From Escherichia phage EC.P2: DNA of 64,000 nt. Every line of letters begins with the position of its first letter. Position 1 is the stretch's first letter. The notes beneath the pieces are model-generated. The model saw only the letters and a list, made by a program, of their open reading frames with translations, ran no database searches and was not told where the DNA came from. A program made the position numbers and the translations under genes. Shown here piece by piece: positions 47,340 to 57,366 of the stretch. The DNA lies in the sequence record PQ631072.1; one strand, 5' to 3'.

Positions 47340-47886
47340 TATTTCTCCTGTTATAACATTTTCTACACATTGTTTCGTAAATGTCTTCTCCTCCAATAAC
47401 AATCTGTTCTTTAGAGTCGATAAGTCTAGCATTGAAAATAGCTTTTCTTCCACATTTACAAATGCTTTTCAATTCTGTAATTGAATCTGCTATGGCTAAT
47501 AACCGTTCAGAACCTTCAAACAATTCTGTAGCAAAATCTGTTTTAAGTCCATAGCAGAATACAGGAATATCGTAATTGTCTACCACATCTCCAAGAATGT
47601 CAACCATATCTTTAGTTAGGAATTGTGATTCATCCACAAATACTGCATCTACTGGATTCTCTTTAAGTTGTGTATAAATTTCCAGCATATCTTCTTTTGT
47701 TTTAACTGGTTTTGCTTCCTCTTTAATACCTATTCTAGAAGCAATAGCACCACCAGATCTGGTATCTAAAGCTGAAGTTAAAAGAAGAACTTTCATATTT
47801 CTTTCTTTATAGTTCCAAGCTGTTTGTAGAAGATGTGTGCTTTTACCACTGTTCATCGGACTATATCGGAAATAAAGTTTAGCCAT
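47323..47886 (-). CDS. tdk: Thymidine kinase
   Basis: P-loop SPMNSGKST; C-terminal Cys cluster; 187 aa. Confidence 0.9.
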   Translation of the reverse strand: MAKLYFRYSPMNSGKSTHLLQTAWNYKERNMKVLLLTSALDTRSGGAIASRIGIKEEAKPVKTKEDMLEIYTQLKENPVDAVFVDESQFLTKDMVDILGDVVDNYDIPVFCYGLKTDFATELFEGSERLLAIADSITELKSICKCGRKAIFNARLIDSKEQIVIGGEDIYETMCRKCYNRRNNASSM

Positions 47887-47931
47887 ATTTTCTCCTCTAA
47901 CGCTCCCGTTTGTGGGAGCGATAATACTTTA

Positions 47932-48507
47932 TTATTTCTCTTCGTCAAGAAGAATTTTTACTATTTGTTTTCTTCGCTTACTTACTGTACTTTCTGGTGA
48001 AATTCCGCGCTTCGTTAGCCAATTTTTATCCTTTTTAGACTGGCATAAAGCTATCGCTTCCTTCTCCGCTTTTGCTTCCCTGAATGTTATATCGTGCTTG
48101 TCAGCATAAGCTAGGATAGCGTTACACTGCTTACAAACTACACGCAGGTCGTCTTCTGTTACATACAATAGGCGTAAAACAAAACTTGGGATATCTTCAT
48201 AACAGGTTAATGTACCTGCTGCATTAATATGGTCTACTTGAAAGTCTTTCATACCTCCTGTATGTCCACACAATTCACATTGACAATTCCAAACCTGTTT
48301 CGGTTTGCCTGTTTTCTTATCTAAAACTACATTGCCATCTTTATCCAACCTATCGGCTTTAAATCGTACAGATTGGATCTTTTTTATCTTATTCGGGTGT
48401 CTCACCCATGCTTTCCTTAAGCAACCTCTTAAATATGTATAAAAGGCTGCTTGAGTTTTCCAAGGTGTTCCATCTCCCCAAATAACTTTAGGTTCTTTAT
48501 TTTCCAA
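47932..48507 (-). CDS. HNH endonuclease-like protein
   Basis: CELCGHTG ... DHINAAG ... CKQCN pattern. Confidence 0.5.
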   Translation of the reverse strand: MENKEPKVIWGDGTPWKTQAAFYTYLRGCLRKAWVRHPNKIKKIQSVRFKADRLDKDGNVVLDKKTGKPKQVWNCQCELCGHTGGMKDFQVDHINAAGTLTCYEDIPSFVLRLLYVTEDDLRVVCKQCNAILAYADKHDITFREAKAEKEAIALCQSKKDKNWLTKRGISPESTVSKRRKQIVKILLDEEK

Positions 48508-48691
48508 TAGTGCTCACCTTTTTAGCTACATAATCTCCAGGTGGAATGTTATATTTAAAGAAAAGCATACGGTCTAAACCAGCCTTACACATGTTTTCTG
48601 GGATTGTGATTGTATATAGGAGTTTATCTCCACGTTTATTGTATATTTTATATACTTCACCCTCTCCGTATTGTTTACCGTGAGAAGCCAT
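48497..48691 (-). CDS. Hypothetical protein (64 aa)
   Basis: ORF. Confidence 0.4.
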   Translation of the reverse strand: MASHGKQYGEGEVYKIYNKRGDKLLYTITIPENMCKAGLDRMLFFKYNIPPGDYVAKKVSTIGK

Positions 48692-49076
48692 CTACACTCT
48701 CCTTCAATTGTTCAATAGCATCTGCTGCTTCAATATACTTACCTTTATACATTGCTTTTAAAGCCTTACGAACAAGATCATCGTCTGTGTATAAATCAAT
48801 TAGCTGATTAGCTAACTCAATTTTTACAGGATTTTTTAAGTTAGGGTAGGCTTCATACAACATATTGTAATATTTATCACTCAATTCTTTTTCAATATGA
48901 ATAACGTGAATCGCTTTGTTTAGGTTGATCACACGATCACCTTTGTTTCGACAAGCATACTTAGCTAACTTAGTGAAACAAGGAGTTGCACCAATTAGAT
49001 ATGCAAGTTCCAAAGGTTGCATACGCATACGTTTGTAGTGATCACCATCAATTTGAATATCCAGTGCTGTAGTCAT
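48675..49076 (-). CDS. Hypothetical protein (133 aa)
   Basis: ORF. Confidence 0.5.
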   Translation of the reverse strand: MTTALDIQIDGDHYKRMRMQPLELAYLIGATPCFTKLAKYACRNKGDRVINLNKAIHVIHIEKELSDKYYNMLYEAYPNLKNPVKIELANQLIDLYTDDDLVRKALKAMYKGKYIEAADAIEQLKESVDGFSR

Positions 49077-49085
49077 AAATCCTCC

Positions 49086-49112
49086 AAAAATAAAGGGGCT
49101 TTCGCCCCTTTT
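49086..49112 (-). terminator. Bidirectional-looking terminator hairpin (ggggc-tttcg-gcccc flanked by A- and T-runs)
   Basis: Stem-loop with T-tract on both strands. Confidence 0.6.
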
Positions 49113-49114
49113 TA

Positions 49115-50077
49115 TTAAATTCCAATAACAGTGTTTACACGCTTCTCTTTGCTACGCAAATTAACACGTCCACGAGACAGGCTATTACATGATGTGCATC
49201 TTAGCACTTGGAATGTACTAACCGCTGTTGTGTAAACCTTACCAGGAACAACTTCAAGGTGCTCTTTACCGCAACGAGGACAACGAAGTTTTTCATCGTC
49301 ATAGAATGCAGATACGTTAGGATGTTGTGGAATCCACGCACGAAGTTTGATGTAAAGATCTCTAAGAGAAACAACATCACCATCGTTGTATGTTTGCATA
49401 CGGAAGAAGGCGTGTCTGTCTCCTTCACAACATGCTTTCCACAAAGGAAAACCTTCATTATCAAGTTTAAAGTTTTCTGTATCAAAATACAAACACATTT
49501 CTTTAAGCGCATTAGAAGGTAGTGCAAACTGCTTCTTAGCTGCCTTGAGTGTATCAATTACAACATAGTGTGATGGTGGCTCCATACCGTGGAAAGCAAA
49601 ACGTTGGTTAATATAAGCCTTATCAAACTTAATACCGTTGTGCGCGATCACAATATCTGCATCGTCAAGCAAGTGCCACAGATCTTGACATAATTCCCAA
49701 TCGTCTGTATGATCTATGTCAAACAGAGGGTAATTGCTAAGGTTCTTACCTTCTACTTCTCCTGTTTCTAAATCAGCAGATGAATAGGAAAGCAAGTAAC
49801 CTCGACGAATAACTTGTTCAGGTGCAATAAAGGCTTTGAAACGTGAGAAGCTATACACAATCTCCGGTGCTGTCTCTACGTCAATAATTTTAATTACTGG
49901 CCCACCTTTATCTTGCGGAGCACCGCGATGTGGTGAATTTACACGAGCTAAGTAATCATTTACTGTGCTCTTCTTAGTAGAACTTCCCAACACCTCTTGT
50001 GCAATCTTACGCGAAGAATAACCTTGTGCTTTCATAGATACAATCAAGGCTTTCTGTTCGTCTGTTAATTTACTCAA
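49115..50077 (-). CDS. DnaQ-like (DEDD) 3'-5' exonuclease with N-terminal HTH
   Basis: IIDVETAP (Exo I) and AHNGIKFDKAYI (Exo II) motifs. Confidence 0.55.
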   Translation of the reverse strand: MSKLTDEQKALIVSMKAQGYSSRKIAQEVLGSSTKKSTVNDYLARVNSPHRGAPQDKGGPVIKIIDVETAPEIVYSFSRFKAFIAPEQVIRRGYLLSYSSADLETGEVEGKNLSNYPLFDIDHTDDWELCQDLWHLLDDADIVIAHNGIKFDKAYINQRFAFHGMEPPSHYVVIDTLKAAKKQFALPSNALKEMCLYFDTENFKLDNEGFPLWKACCEGDRHAFFRMQTYNDGDVVSLRDLYIKLRAWIPQHPNVSAFYDDEKLRCPRCGKEHLEVVPGKVYTTAVSTFQVLRCTSCNSLSRGRVNLRSKEKRVNTVIGI

Positions 50078-51108
50078 TGTTCCTCCTGCTCTGAAATATA
50101 TGCTTGTAGCATACTTTCAAAAGTTGTTTCATCATTCGCCCAACGTTTCATATATACCAACTGAAAAATTGTCTCTATCCATTCGTCAGTTGTCATCTCT
50201 ACTTCTTCACCATCCCAAGAAGTAAATTTAACGCCATCTGGGAACCATTCATAATACTGATCTTTAACTGTCTGAAAAAGTTCAGCCTGTGTTTTACATT
50301 TGGAAATAAGATTAAAGCAAGTAATATCTCCAAACTTAACATCGAAATCTTGGTAAGGTCGAATACTATCTGTCTTATCACCCATTAGCATTTGATAAGC
50401 TAACCAGTAACTACCCCAACCCTTAATTTCTTTTTTCTTACCTTTTTCTACGATCCAGATATCACCAATAGATTCATCAATCAGAATAATACAAGGATTT
50501 TTATAAACACCATCCTCTTTATAAAAGTTAAAGAGTAAACTTGGTGTGTGCAAGCTATCTTTGTCGATAGATGCTACAATATGAGAAAACTTACCAGTTT
50601 CCTTGTAGGCTTTATACCCTGCATATCCATAGATTTCTAAAGCATCATCTGCCTCAATACCAGTAACAACGTCACCGTTATGTTTTTCAACTAGATAATC
50701 TTTAGTATCTGATAAATGGATTGGTCTTAAATCTGATCGTTCTGATTTATATTCTTTTGGCATCTTGAAAGAATGCCGGAAGGTTTTTCCTACCCCGATG
50801 ACACCGCAATACTTTTGAAGTTTTAGGTGATCCATCATCTGGGTTATTTTTGTCTTTGCAGCTTGAAACGTAAAAGAAATATTATCTGGGACTATTTGAA
50901 CGTCTTTTATTTCAAAATCTTCTCTAGAGAACAACTTCTTACCAGCAGCTTCGCGTTGCGCGTTAAGTGCTCCTAACCATCCTCCAATATTTTTTGAAGA
51001 TTTACCCCAAAAATCTGTTCTTGTTTCAAACTCTTTTACATTACCGGAAGCCTTGTGTACAGCGTGGATTTTTCTTTGTTCTAAAGCTGAAGACGCTTGG
51101 AACGCCAC
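50074..51108 (-). CDS. 5'-3' exonuclease / flap endonuclease (FEN family)
   Basis: GIEADDAL ... SIDKDSLHTP resembles the FEN GxEADD ... DKD signature. Confidence 0.6.
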   Translation of the reverse strand: MAFQASSALEQRKIHAVHKASGNVKEFETRTDFWGKSSKNIGGWLGALNAQREAAGKKLFSREDFEIKDVQIVPDNISFTFQAAKTKITQMMDHLKLQKYCGVIGVGKTFRHSFKMPKEYKSERSDLRPIHLSDTKDYLVEKHNGDVVTGIEADDALEIYGYAGYKAYKETGKFSHIVASIDKDSLHTPSLLFNFYKEDGVYKNPCIILIDESIGDIWIVEKGKKKEIKGWGSYWLAYQMLMGDKTDSIRPYQDFDVKFGDITCFNLISKCKTQAELFQTVKDQYYEWFPDGVKFTSWDGEEVEMTTDEWIETIFQLVYMKRWANDETTFESMLQAYISEQEEH

Positions 51109-51200
51109 TTGATCGTAGTCTATTGCAAGAATTGTGTTCTCGTCAACATATTTGTGCAGGTCTTCCGGTTGGATTAAAATGTAACCGCTAATATTACCTC

Positions 51201-51413
51201 CTATTCATCATCTGAACTCTCTGTTGAGAATGTTCGTGTGTAGGGACACTGACGACTTGCAGAAACCTCTATAACCTTGTCGTACATACCGTTAGAGTAA
51301 AAACAGTATTTTGTACTTCCAGAAACTTGTTCTCCAGAATTAATTAAAGTTATTTGACCAGCATAAGAATAAGAACTGATTACTAGAAGTAAACCGACAA
51401 GAAGTTTTTTCAT
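51201..51413 (-). CDS. Small secreted protein with signal peptide (70 aa)
   Basis: MKKLLVGLLLVISSYSYA leader. Confidence 0.5.
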   Translation of the reverse strand: MKKLLVGLLLVISSYSYAGQITLINSGEQVSGSTKYCFYSNGMYDKVIEVSASRQCPYTRTFSTESSDDE

Positions 51414-51487
51414 GGTGTGTCTCCTTAAAAGCCCACCTAACTAAGTAGGTAGGCATATTAACACATATTAAATTAGTAAGTCAAGTA

Positions 51488-52372
51488 TTATTTTTGAATA
51501 GTTGACTTGATAAGGTCTTGCATAATACCACGGATTTCGTTAAAGCACAGAAGGACAGATGCTTCAAAAGATCCTTCTTCATCATTAAAGTATTTAGGGA
51601 ATTTAATACCACTCAACTTAAATTCTTTATCAACAATAAAGTTAACGAAGCCGTCATATTCCAGGCCAATGGCAACAACGTGCTTACCATCTTCCATAAG
51701 TTCTACTGCACGAGATTCATAAAGGGACTCTTTACTCCATACAACCACACCTTCCGAATCTTCAAGTTTAATATAATTACCCAGGGTCAGTCGTTCAGCT
51801 TCATGTTCTTCTAAGATGGTATCAAAACCTTTAATAATCGCTTCTTCGTGTACACTAAACGGCAGAACTGGGAAAGTACCCAACACCTCACGAAGAAATA
51901 CAGCAATATCTTCACTAATTTTCTTAGTACCATTAAGAACATAGGTAATACTGTTTTCAGTGTCTACAACAACATAGTTATAGAAATCATCTGCCTCTGT
52001 TTCTGGGAGCAAAGAAAACACAATATCAGCCTCAATTGCTTTTTTACTTTCTTTGTCCAAGAAAAACTCTTTGGTAGGATTTGCAGCAATAAACTCTTGT
52101 TCCATTTCCTGGAGCTTTTCATTAAGAATGCGTTTAACTTTCTTCTTGTTAACTTTCTTAACAGACTGCCCTACTTTAATAACCTCTAAACCAGAGAACA
52201 CTTTTACATAGGAACCATCATCTTCAAAACGAACAAGACCAATGGTATGTGCTTGTTGCCCCTGTGCCACAACAAAATCCAGCGGTTTGTCTGTTACTGT
52301 GTTCAGTGCTGAAATAGACAGACCATCACCAGAAATCAGGGTTACGCAAGATTTGAAATTTTTAGCAAACAT
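51488..52372 (-). CDS. Hypothetical protein (294 aa)
   Basis: Trimmed to ATG with GAGGAG RBS. Confidence 0.55.
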   Translation of the reverse strand: MFAKNFKSCVTLISGDGLSISALNTVTDKPLDFVVAQGQQAHTIGLVRFEDDGSYVKVFSGLEVIKVGQSVKKVNKKKVKRILNEKLQEMEQEFIAANPTKEFFLDKESKKAIEADIVFSLLPETEADDFYNYVVVDTENSITYVLNGTKKISEDIAVFLREVLGTFPVLPFSVHEEAIIKGFDTILEEHEAERLTLGNYIKLEDSEGVVVWSKESLYESRAVELMEDGKHVVAIGLEYDGFVNFIVDKEFKLSGIKFPKYFNDEEGSFEASVLLCFNEIRGIMQDLIKSTIQK

Positions 52373-52382
52373 AGTTTTCTCC

Positions 52383-52661
52383 TCAAATAACAACTACAAA
52401 ATATTTTACACCATCATATTCGACAATATGATCAGGATATTTAAATCCTTTATAAGATTTACCAAACAGACTAACAGCTTCATTAGCTTTGTTTTGCGGA
52501 TTACTCAACCACTGTTCTTCTGTGTAAAACTTAAATTCTGTTCTCTTACCTTCTTTTTCTAAACCAACAATTTCCTGTGTGATATCTTCAATACCTGCAT
52601 TCTTCAAGGATTTGATTACCTGACGCAAACCGTGTTTAAAGATATCTTCTGCTGTTAACAT
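52383..52661 (-). CDS. Hypothetical protein (92 aa)
   Basis: ORF with GGAGG RBS. Confidence 0.5.
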   Translation of the reverse strand: MLTAEDIFKHGLRQVIKSLKNAGIEDITQEIVGLEKEGKRTEFKFYTEEQWLSNPQNKANEAVSLFGKSYKGFKYPDHIVEYDGVKYFVVVI

Positions 52662-52697
52662 AATACCTCCAATAAGCCCCCGAAGGGGCTTTATTTC

Positions 52698-53420
52698 TTA
52701 AGCAATGATTGCTGCGATATTAGGTTTAACAAAGGTAGATGGTTTCATAATTTTACCTTTGTCATCAAAGAATACGTATACCTTTTGAACTTCGTTATAT
52801 ACAGCATGTACTCCAGTATAAGAACCTTCTGCACGATCTTTGCTTCGCATCTCGATAGCATCACACTCTTTTTCAAGAGCTTCAACAATATCCTTAGTTT
52901 CCCAAATAGCCAGGAGTTGCTTCTTGGTAGGATACTTGGACTCATTGCTATTCAACACTTCACGCATAACCTTCTTCTCGTTATAAACAGAACGCACCAA
53001 AGTATCTCGTGCCATACGTGTAAGTGTAAGAGACATTAGGGCAAATTGCAAGTCATTTTCTACCATTTTATCAAATTCAATGATAACATCGTAGATGTTT
53101 TCTGCCAGAACATCTCCTGTCGGCATTTCCAGAGCTTTATCAACACCTTCTTTACCAAAGAACATAAACGCCAGGTAGGATGCTACCACAAAAATATCTG
53201 CTGCTGCATCAAGTAATTCAACGTGATCATTTTCCTGTGCTGCTGCTTGGAACTCTTTTAGTTCTTCTCGTACAAAAGAAAGTTGAGCTTCAAACATCTC
53301 TTGAGTAAATTCTGGGGTTACGCCACCACGTGCCTTAGCATTCCAAGCAACAATTTGATCGGCAGCCTTGATAAAGAAGCTATTGTCCACTTTTACTTGT
53401 TTGAAAAAATTCTCGATCAT
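52698..53420 (-). CDS. MazG-like nucleotide pyrophosphohydrolase, putative
   Basis: EELKEF ... ELLDAAADIFVV resembles the MazG ExxE ... D metal-binding helices; weak. Confidence 0.3.
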   Translation of the reverse strand: MIENFFKQVKVDNSFFIKAADQIVAWNAKARGGVTPEFTQEMFEAQLSFVREELKEFQAAAQENDHVELLDAAADIFVVASYLAFMFFGKEGVDKALEMPTGDVLAENIYDVIIEFDKMVENDLQFALMSLTLTRMARDTLVRSVYNEKKVMREVLNSNESKYPTKKQLLAIWETKDIVEALEKECDAIEMRSKDRAEGSYTGVHAVYNEVQKVYVFFDDKGKIMKPSTFVKPNIAAIIA

Positions 53421-53618
53421 TGTTTCTCCTTATTTAAAATATTGTTCTAACAAAACACTAATGCGAACTACCGATTCGCCCATATACGCCCCAGCACAGA
53501 GGAAAACAATAAATCTACAAAAATTGCAGTACCATTTGTCCACTGGAAACGAGCCTAACATTATAATTGCAATAGCAATTAACATCATAAGAACTGTTAC
53601 TAATACCATACTTACCTC

Positions 53619-54734
53619 TTACTCTGCTGGCTCCCAAGTACCTGGAATCATCTTACGTAAACGGACACCTGTTGGTTTAGTAGGTATTCCACCATCGGAA
53701 AACTCTTCATACTCAATCTCAACAAATTTACCAATTAACATTTCAGCATTTTCTGCTTTACGATAGTTAATGGTTTCATCTGAATCCTTACGCATCAGGA
53801 ATTCGACTACTTTACCATTTTCCATCTCGCCTGTCAATACCCCGTCACCATTTTTATCACGTTTTGCACTTACCACCTTAACTTCAAGCGTCTGCCGTGG
53901 TTTACGTTTAATAACATCATAAGAACGTTTATCAAACTCGTAAACACCTTGTGCATTACGATAAACAACACCTTCAGCTTTCTCACGCAGAGCTTTTGCA
54001 TAGAACGCATCAAACTGCTCTTGGTTTTCAATGTACTCTGTATGCACTACACAAATAAGTTCATCTAAACCTTTATCTTCAACTACTTCTTTTAGAGCAG
54101 CCAAAACTTCAACCCTCTTCTCAAATGGTACAGATGGTACAGGAACATCATATACATAGTATTTAAGAAGCGGAGTGTTAGCATTATGCTTTTTCCACGC
54201 ACTATTAATTTGTTGAAGGCTAAGGACACCCAAACCAGCAAAAACTTCACCGTCAAGAGGATGACCAACTACTTCTTTAATGAAGGTTGGAATTTCTTTC
54301 CAGTGAGGTGGAAGTTTATATACTTCCCCAGCTTTAGATAAGCATTCACCTTGCATGTTAATCATTGAACGTAGACCATTCAATTTATATTGTGCATAAC
54401 CTGGGAACAAAACACGATCAGCATAATCTTTATAATCCTGACATTTCATGGGTGTGGAAGGAACATGGTTTTCAGCTTCCTCTTTTGTTTTATAATACCC
54501 ATTCTTAAGTTGCTTTGTCCATTTGGCAAGAGCTTCGATTTCAGCTTGTTCTTCTGCTGTTGTTTCATTTGAGCGACCAATATTTTTAGGTTCTGCTGTA
54601 TAAGATTTGCTAGTAATCTTTCCACCTAATTGACCATGAGCAACAGTTACAACACTACCTTCGGTATAGACTGACCACTGTTTAATTTTACCTGTAGAAG
54701 TTTTACCATATAGTGTAGGATTAGTTTGTTTCAT
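53619..54734 (-). CDS. ATP-dependent DNA ligase-like nucleotidyltransferase
   Basis: Motif I-like KLNGLR (N in place of usual D), motif III LDGEVF, motif IV EGVVYR, motif V IKRK, C-terminal OB-like GGIPTKPTGVRLR. Confidence 0.5.
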   Translation of the reverse strand: MKQTNPTLYGKTSTGKIKQWSVYTEGSVVTVAHGQLGGKITSKSYTAEPKNIGRSNETTAEEQAEIEALAKWTKQLKNGYYKTKEEAENHVPSTPMKCQDYKDYADRVLFPGYAQYKLNGLRSMINMQGECLSKAGEVYKLPPHWKEIPTFIKEVVGHPLDGEVFAGLGVLSLQQINSAWKKHNANTPLLKYYVYDVPVPSVPFEKRVEVLAALKEVVEDKGLDELICVVHTEYIENQEQFDAFYAKALREKAEGVVYRNAQGVYEFDKRSYDVIKRKPRQTLEVKVVSAKRDKNGDGVLTGEMENGKVVEFLMRKDSDETINYRKAENAEMLIGKFVEIEYEEFSDGGIPTKPTGVRLRKMIPGTWEPAE

Positions 54735-54924
54735 CTTTAACCTCCAGTTGCGAAAGAACCCATTTAGCCATTTCAATTTCACCGTGTAGTCTGCCTAGTT
54801 CATAGGCATCATCAATATTACCACCAGTGTAATCATCCACCATAAAGTAAGGATCTTCGCTACTGTTAGGTGCGTTTGCAATTCTCGTTAGTTCTTCGAT
54901 AAATGTCATAGTTACCCTTACCAA
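54721..54924 (-). CDS. Hypothetical protein (67 aa)
   Basis: ORF. Confidence 0.4.
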   Translation of the reverse strand: MVRVTMTFIEELTRIANAPNSSEDPYFMVDDYTGGNIDDAYELGRLHGEIEMAKWVLSQLEVKDETN

Positions 54925-55142
54925 TTATACACAAGAGTTTGAATCTCTTCCATCAAGTCTTCAAGATCTGTATCAACGTATTCAGAAGATGTTGCCATAA
55001 AGTATGTAATCATTGTGAACCCTTCCGAAGAAAGGGCATCAAGGATATCATTAAACATATCTTCCATTTCAGTATTCTCACCAAATGAGAATAACATTTG
55101 TTGATCTTCGCTTACACCTTTAACATAGATAGCTGTACTCAT
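54918..55142 (-). CDS. Hypothetical acidic protein (74 aa)
   Basis: ORF. Confidence 0.4.
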   Translation of the reverse strand: MSTAIYVKGVSEDQQMLFSFGENTEMEDMFNDILDALSSEGFTMITYFMATSSEYVDTDLEDLMEEIQTLVYNW

Positions 55143-55145
55143 ATA

Positions 55146-55466
55146 TTAATCCTTAAGACGTTCATTTAAATCTGCAATAACATCACCTAAATCTTCACAT
55201 TCCAGTGTTAACTCTGAAACTTGTCCACTCAAATAACAAACTTCTTCATTTAAATCTGAAATAATGTTTTCTAATGAATCTACTTGGTCATCATATGAAC
55301 GTTTTGTTTCTTCAAGTTCTTCCGTAAGATCATTAATCAAACGGAGCAAAGATAAGATATAGCCGTCTCCTGTCTCGTTCCTCCACTCACTTCCATAGCG
55401 ATAAATAATAATTTCACCATTATCTACTACTGTAAAATACTTACCTTCACCAGAATAAATTTCCAT
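55146..55466 (-). CDS. Hypothetical coiled-coil-like acidic protein (106 aa)
   Basis: ORF. Confidence 0.45.
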   Translation of the reverse strand: MEIYSGEGKYFTVVDNGEIIIYRYGSEWRNETGDGYILSLLRLINDLTEELEETKRSYDDQVDSLENIISDLNEEVCYLSGQVSELTLECEDLGDVIADLNERLKD

Positions 55467-55475
55467 ACACTCTCC

Positions 55476-55880
55476 TTATTGTAGCTTAAGTGAACTGCGA
55501 AGACGTTTCTCTTGCTGATCACGAATATGTTGTGGAACCTCATGAATTGAGTCGTTACCGTGCCTATTTTCAACAACTAAGGAGATAACTTGATAACCAA
55601 ACTCTTCAGCAAGAGTAAAATAAGGTTTAAGTTCTTTCTCTGTGGTTGAAGTGTTAGAGACAATAATCTTTTTAATATTAGATGCCATAGCATCACGAAC
55701 AATACTCTGACACCATGCGTGTGCTTTACCTACATTCTCTGGCTTCCAATCGTAAACACCACTATCTGTGTAATGATATTGATCTGCCTCACAGATAGGC
55801 CAATAACCTTCAGAAATAATTTCTGCTACTGTAGATTTACCTGCACCTGAAACACCACGTAAGATGATAAGTTGTTTCAT
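55476..55880 (-). CDS. P-loop kinase, polynucleotide-kinase-like
   Basis: Walker A LRGVSGAGKST; adjacent to RNA-ligase-like gene. Confidence 0.5.
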   Translation of the reverse strand: MKQLIILRGVSGAGKSTVAEIISEGYWPICEADQYHYTDSGVYDWKPENVGKAHAWCQSIVRDAMASNIKKIIVSNTSTTEKELKPYFTLAEEFGYQVISLVVENRHGNDSIHEVPQHIRDQQEKRLRSSLKLQ

Positions 55881-56813
55881 TTAGCCTCCAAAGAAGTTTT
55901 CTATTTCTTTACGTCGCTCTTGTGGATCTAAAGCAGCCCATTGAGTTTTAGTAAAGTTGTTTCGAAGCCATTCTAGCAAAGTATAATATTCTTCGTCAAC
56001 AATTTGTTTAGCATTTTTTGGGTTGTCCCAAATCATATCCCACTTCTTATTGCCACCACGCATAAGGAATTTCTTAGCAAGATAGTATGGTGACTTAATC
56101 TTTAACAGCAAGTTAAACGGATAGTTTGTTTCACGAACAACAAACCCTTCGTGCTTACAATGTTTAGACATTTCAACAACATCTGAAAATTTAATCATCG
56201 GATAAACTTCAGGACGTTTAAATTTTGTAATAGATGCAATCCCATCAAGCACACCTTCAGGTAGCATGAAACTTGTCCCATCAGGATTTTGAATCCTTGC
56301 TCCAATTAAGTATGCGCCTGGTTCTTCTTCAACAATATGTGGATCAGAAGGATCACAGATTTCAAAAAGGAAAGTTGCTTTTGCACTTTCTGTCCACTTA
56401 ATGAAATATTCTATGTCATCACACTCGGAAACAATATGATTCTTGGCAAGAATTGCAAAATCTGACTCTAGGCTCCCTGTTGTTGATACAATAAGTTGCC
56501 CTTTGTACACACCTACAGATGCCATAAAACCGTTTACTTTACGGACAGCATCTACAAGCTGGTCTGCTGGAAGATCTGTACCATTCTCAAAACGATTAAA
56601 GATTTTAGTAAAAGGCCAAATAACAACATTGTCTTCTGAGTCAACAACCAACCCACGACAATCTAGAAGGCGTTTGTCTACGTCCCACAAGTTGTCCCAG
56701 AATACATTGTTTTTGTATTTAAGTACAGCAAGACCAGCATACTCTCCAGATTTAACTTCTTTTTTATGCACTAAACCTTTTGCAATCAGGTCATCACAAT
56801 TGAACTTAGCCAC
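55881..56813 (-). CDS. RNA ligase, T4 Rnl1-like (putative)
   Basis: LLDCRGLVV ... KIFNRFENG and KVNGFM resemble T4 RnlA LECRGIMF ... FFNLNEN and KEDG as recalled. Confidence 0.5.
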   Translation of the reverse strand: MAKFNCDDLIAKGLVHKKEVKSGEYAGLAVLKYKNNVFWDNLWDVDKRLLDCRGLVVDSEDNVVIWPFTKIFNRFENGTDLPADQLVDAVRKVNGFMASVGVYKGQLIVSTTGSLESDFAILAKNHIVSECDDIEYFIKWTESAKATFLFEICDPSDPHIVEEEPGAYLIGARIQNPDGTSFMLPEGVLDGIASITKFKRPEVYPMIKFSDVVEMSKHCKHEGFVVRETNYPFNLLLKIKSPYYLAKKFLMRGGNKKWDMIWDNPKNAKQIVDEEYYTLLEWLRNNFTKTQWAALDPQERRKEIENFFGG

Positions 56814-56814
56814 C

Positions 56815-57366
56815 TTAATCTCCTTTGATTATCTTATGATGGTCTACAACAACAATATCACGCTTATCCATAATAGAGATGATTTCGTCAAAATGCAAGA
56901 TTTTTCCGTGTGCGTCCCAACCAACATCCAACATTTTCCCATACAAATGATCAGGGAATGATCCGTGAGAGTGCCCGTGTAGCATGATTGATCCATGCCC
57001 TTGTTTATTCCAGGAAGCCATAGGGTAATGGCTTAAGACGAAGAACAGTTTCTGATATTTCACTTCATCATAATACACCACCTCGCCATATTCTGCAAGC
57101 ACTTCTCGGTGTTTGCTGTAATCATGGTTCCCAACACAGTAAGTGATATCACCTTGGAGACGGGAAGCAATCTTACGGGTATCTTCTTCAGTCCCGAAAC
57201 AGAAGTCCCCAAGATGGTACATCTTTACTCCTGGTGTTGTGGCACATTTATTCCATGCTTCGATCAGTGCTTCTGTCATATGCTCCATATCTTCCCACGG
57301 GCGATATTCAGGAGCAAACTCTCGGATACGTTTGTGCATAAAATGCAAATCACTTGTAATAAACAT
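56815..57366 (-). CDS. Calcineurin-like metallophosphoesterase
   Basis: DLHF, GDF, GNHD, GHSH metal-binding motifs. Confidence 0.7.
   Translation of the reverse strand: MFITSDLHFMHKRIREFAPEYRPWEDMEHMTEALIEAWNKCATTPGVKMYHLGDFCFGTEEDTRKIASRLQGDITYCVGNHDYSKHREVLAEYGEVVYYDEVKYQKLFFVLSHYPMASWNKQGHGSIMLHGHSHGSFPDHLYGKMLDVGWDAHGKILHFDEIISIMDKRDIVVVDHHKIIKGD

Noticed and set aside
56443-56961. 172-aa + strand ORF spanning the Rnl1-like/phosphoesterase junction
   Set aside because: Antisense shadow ORF; the minus-strand genes carry enzyme motifs and RBSs.
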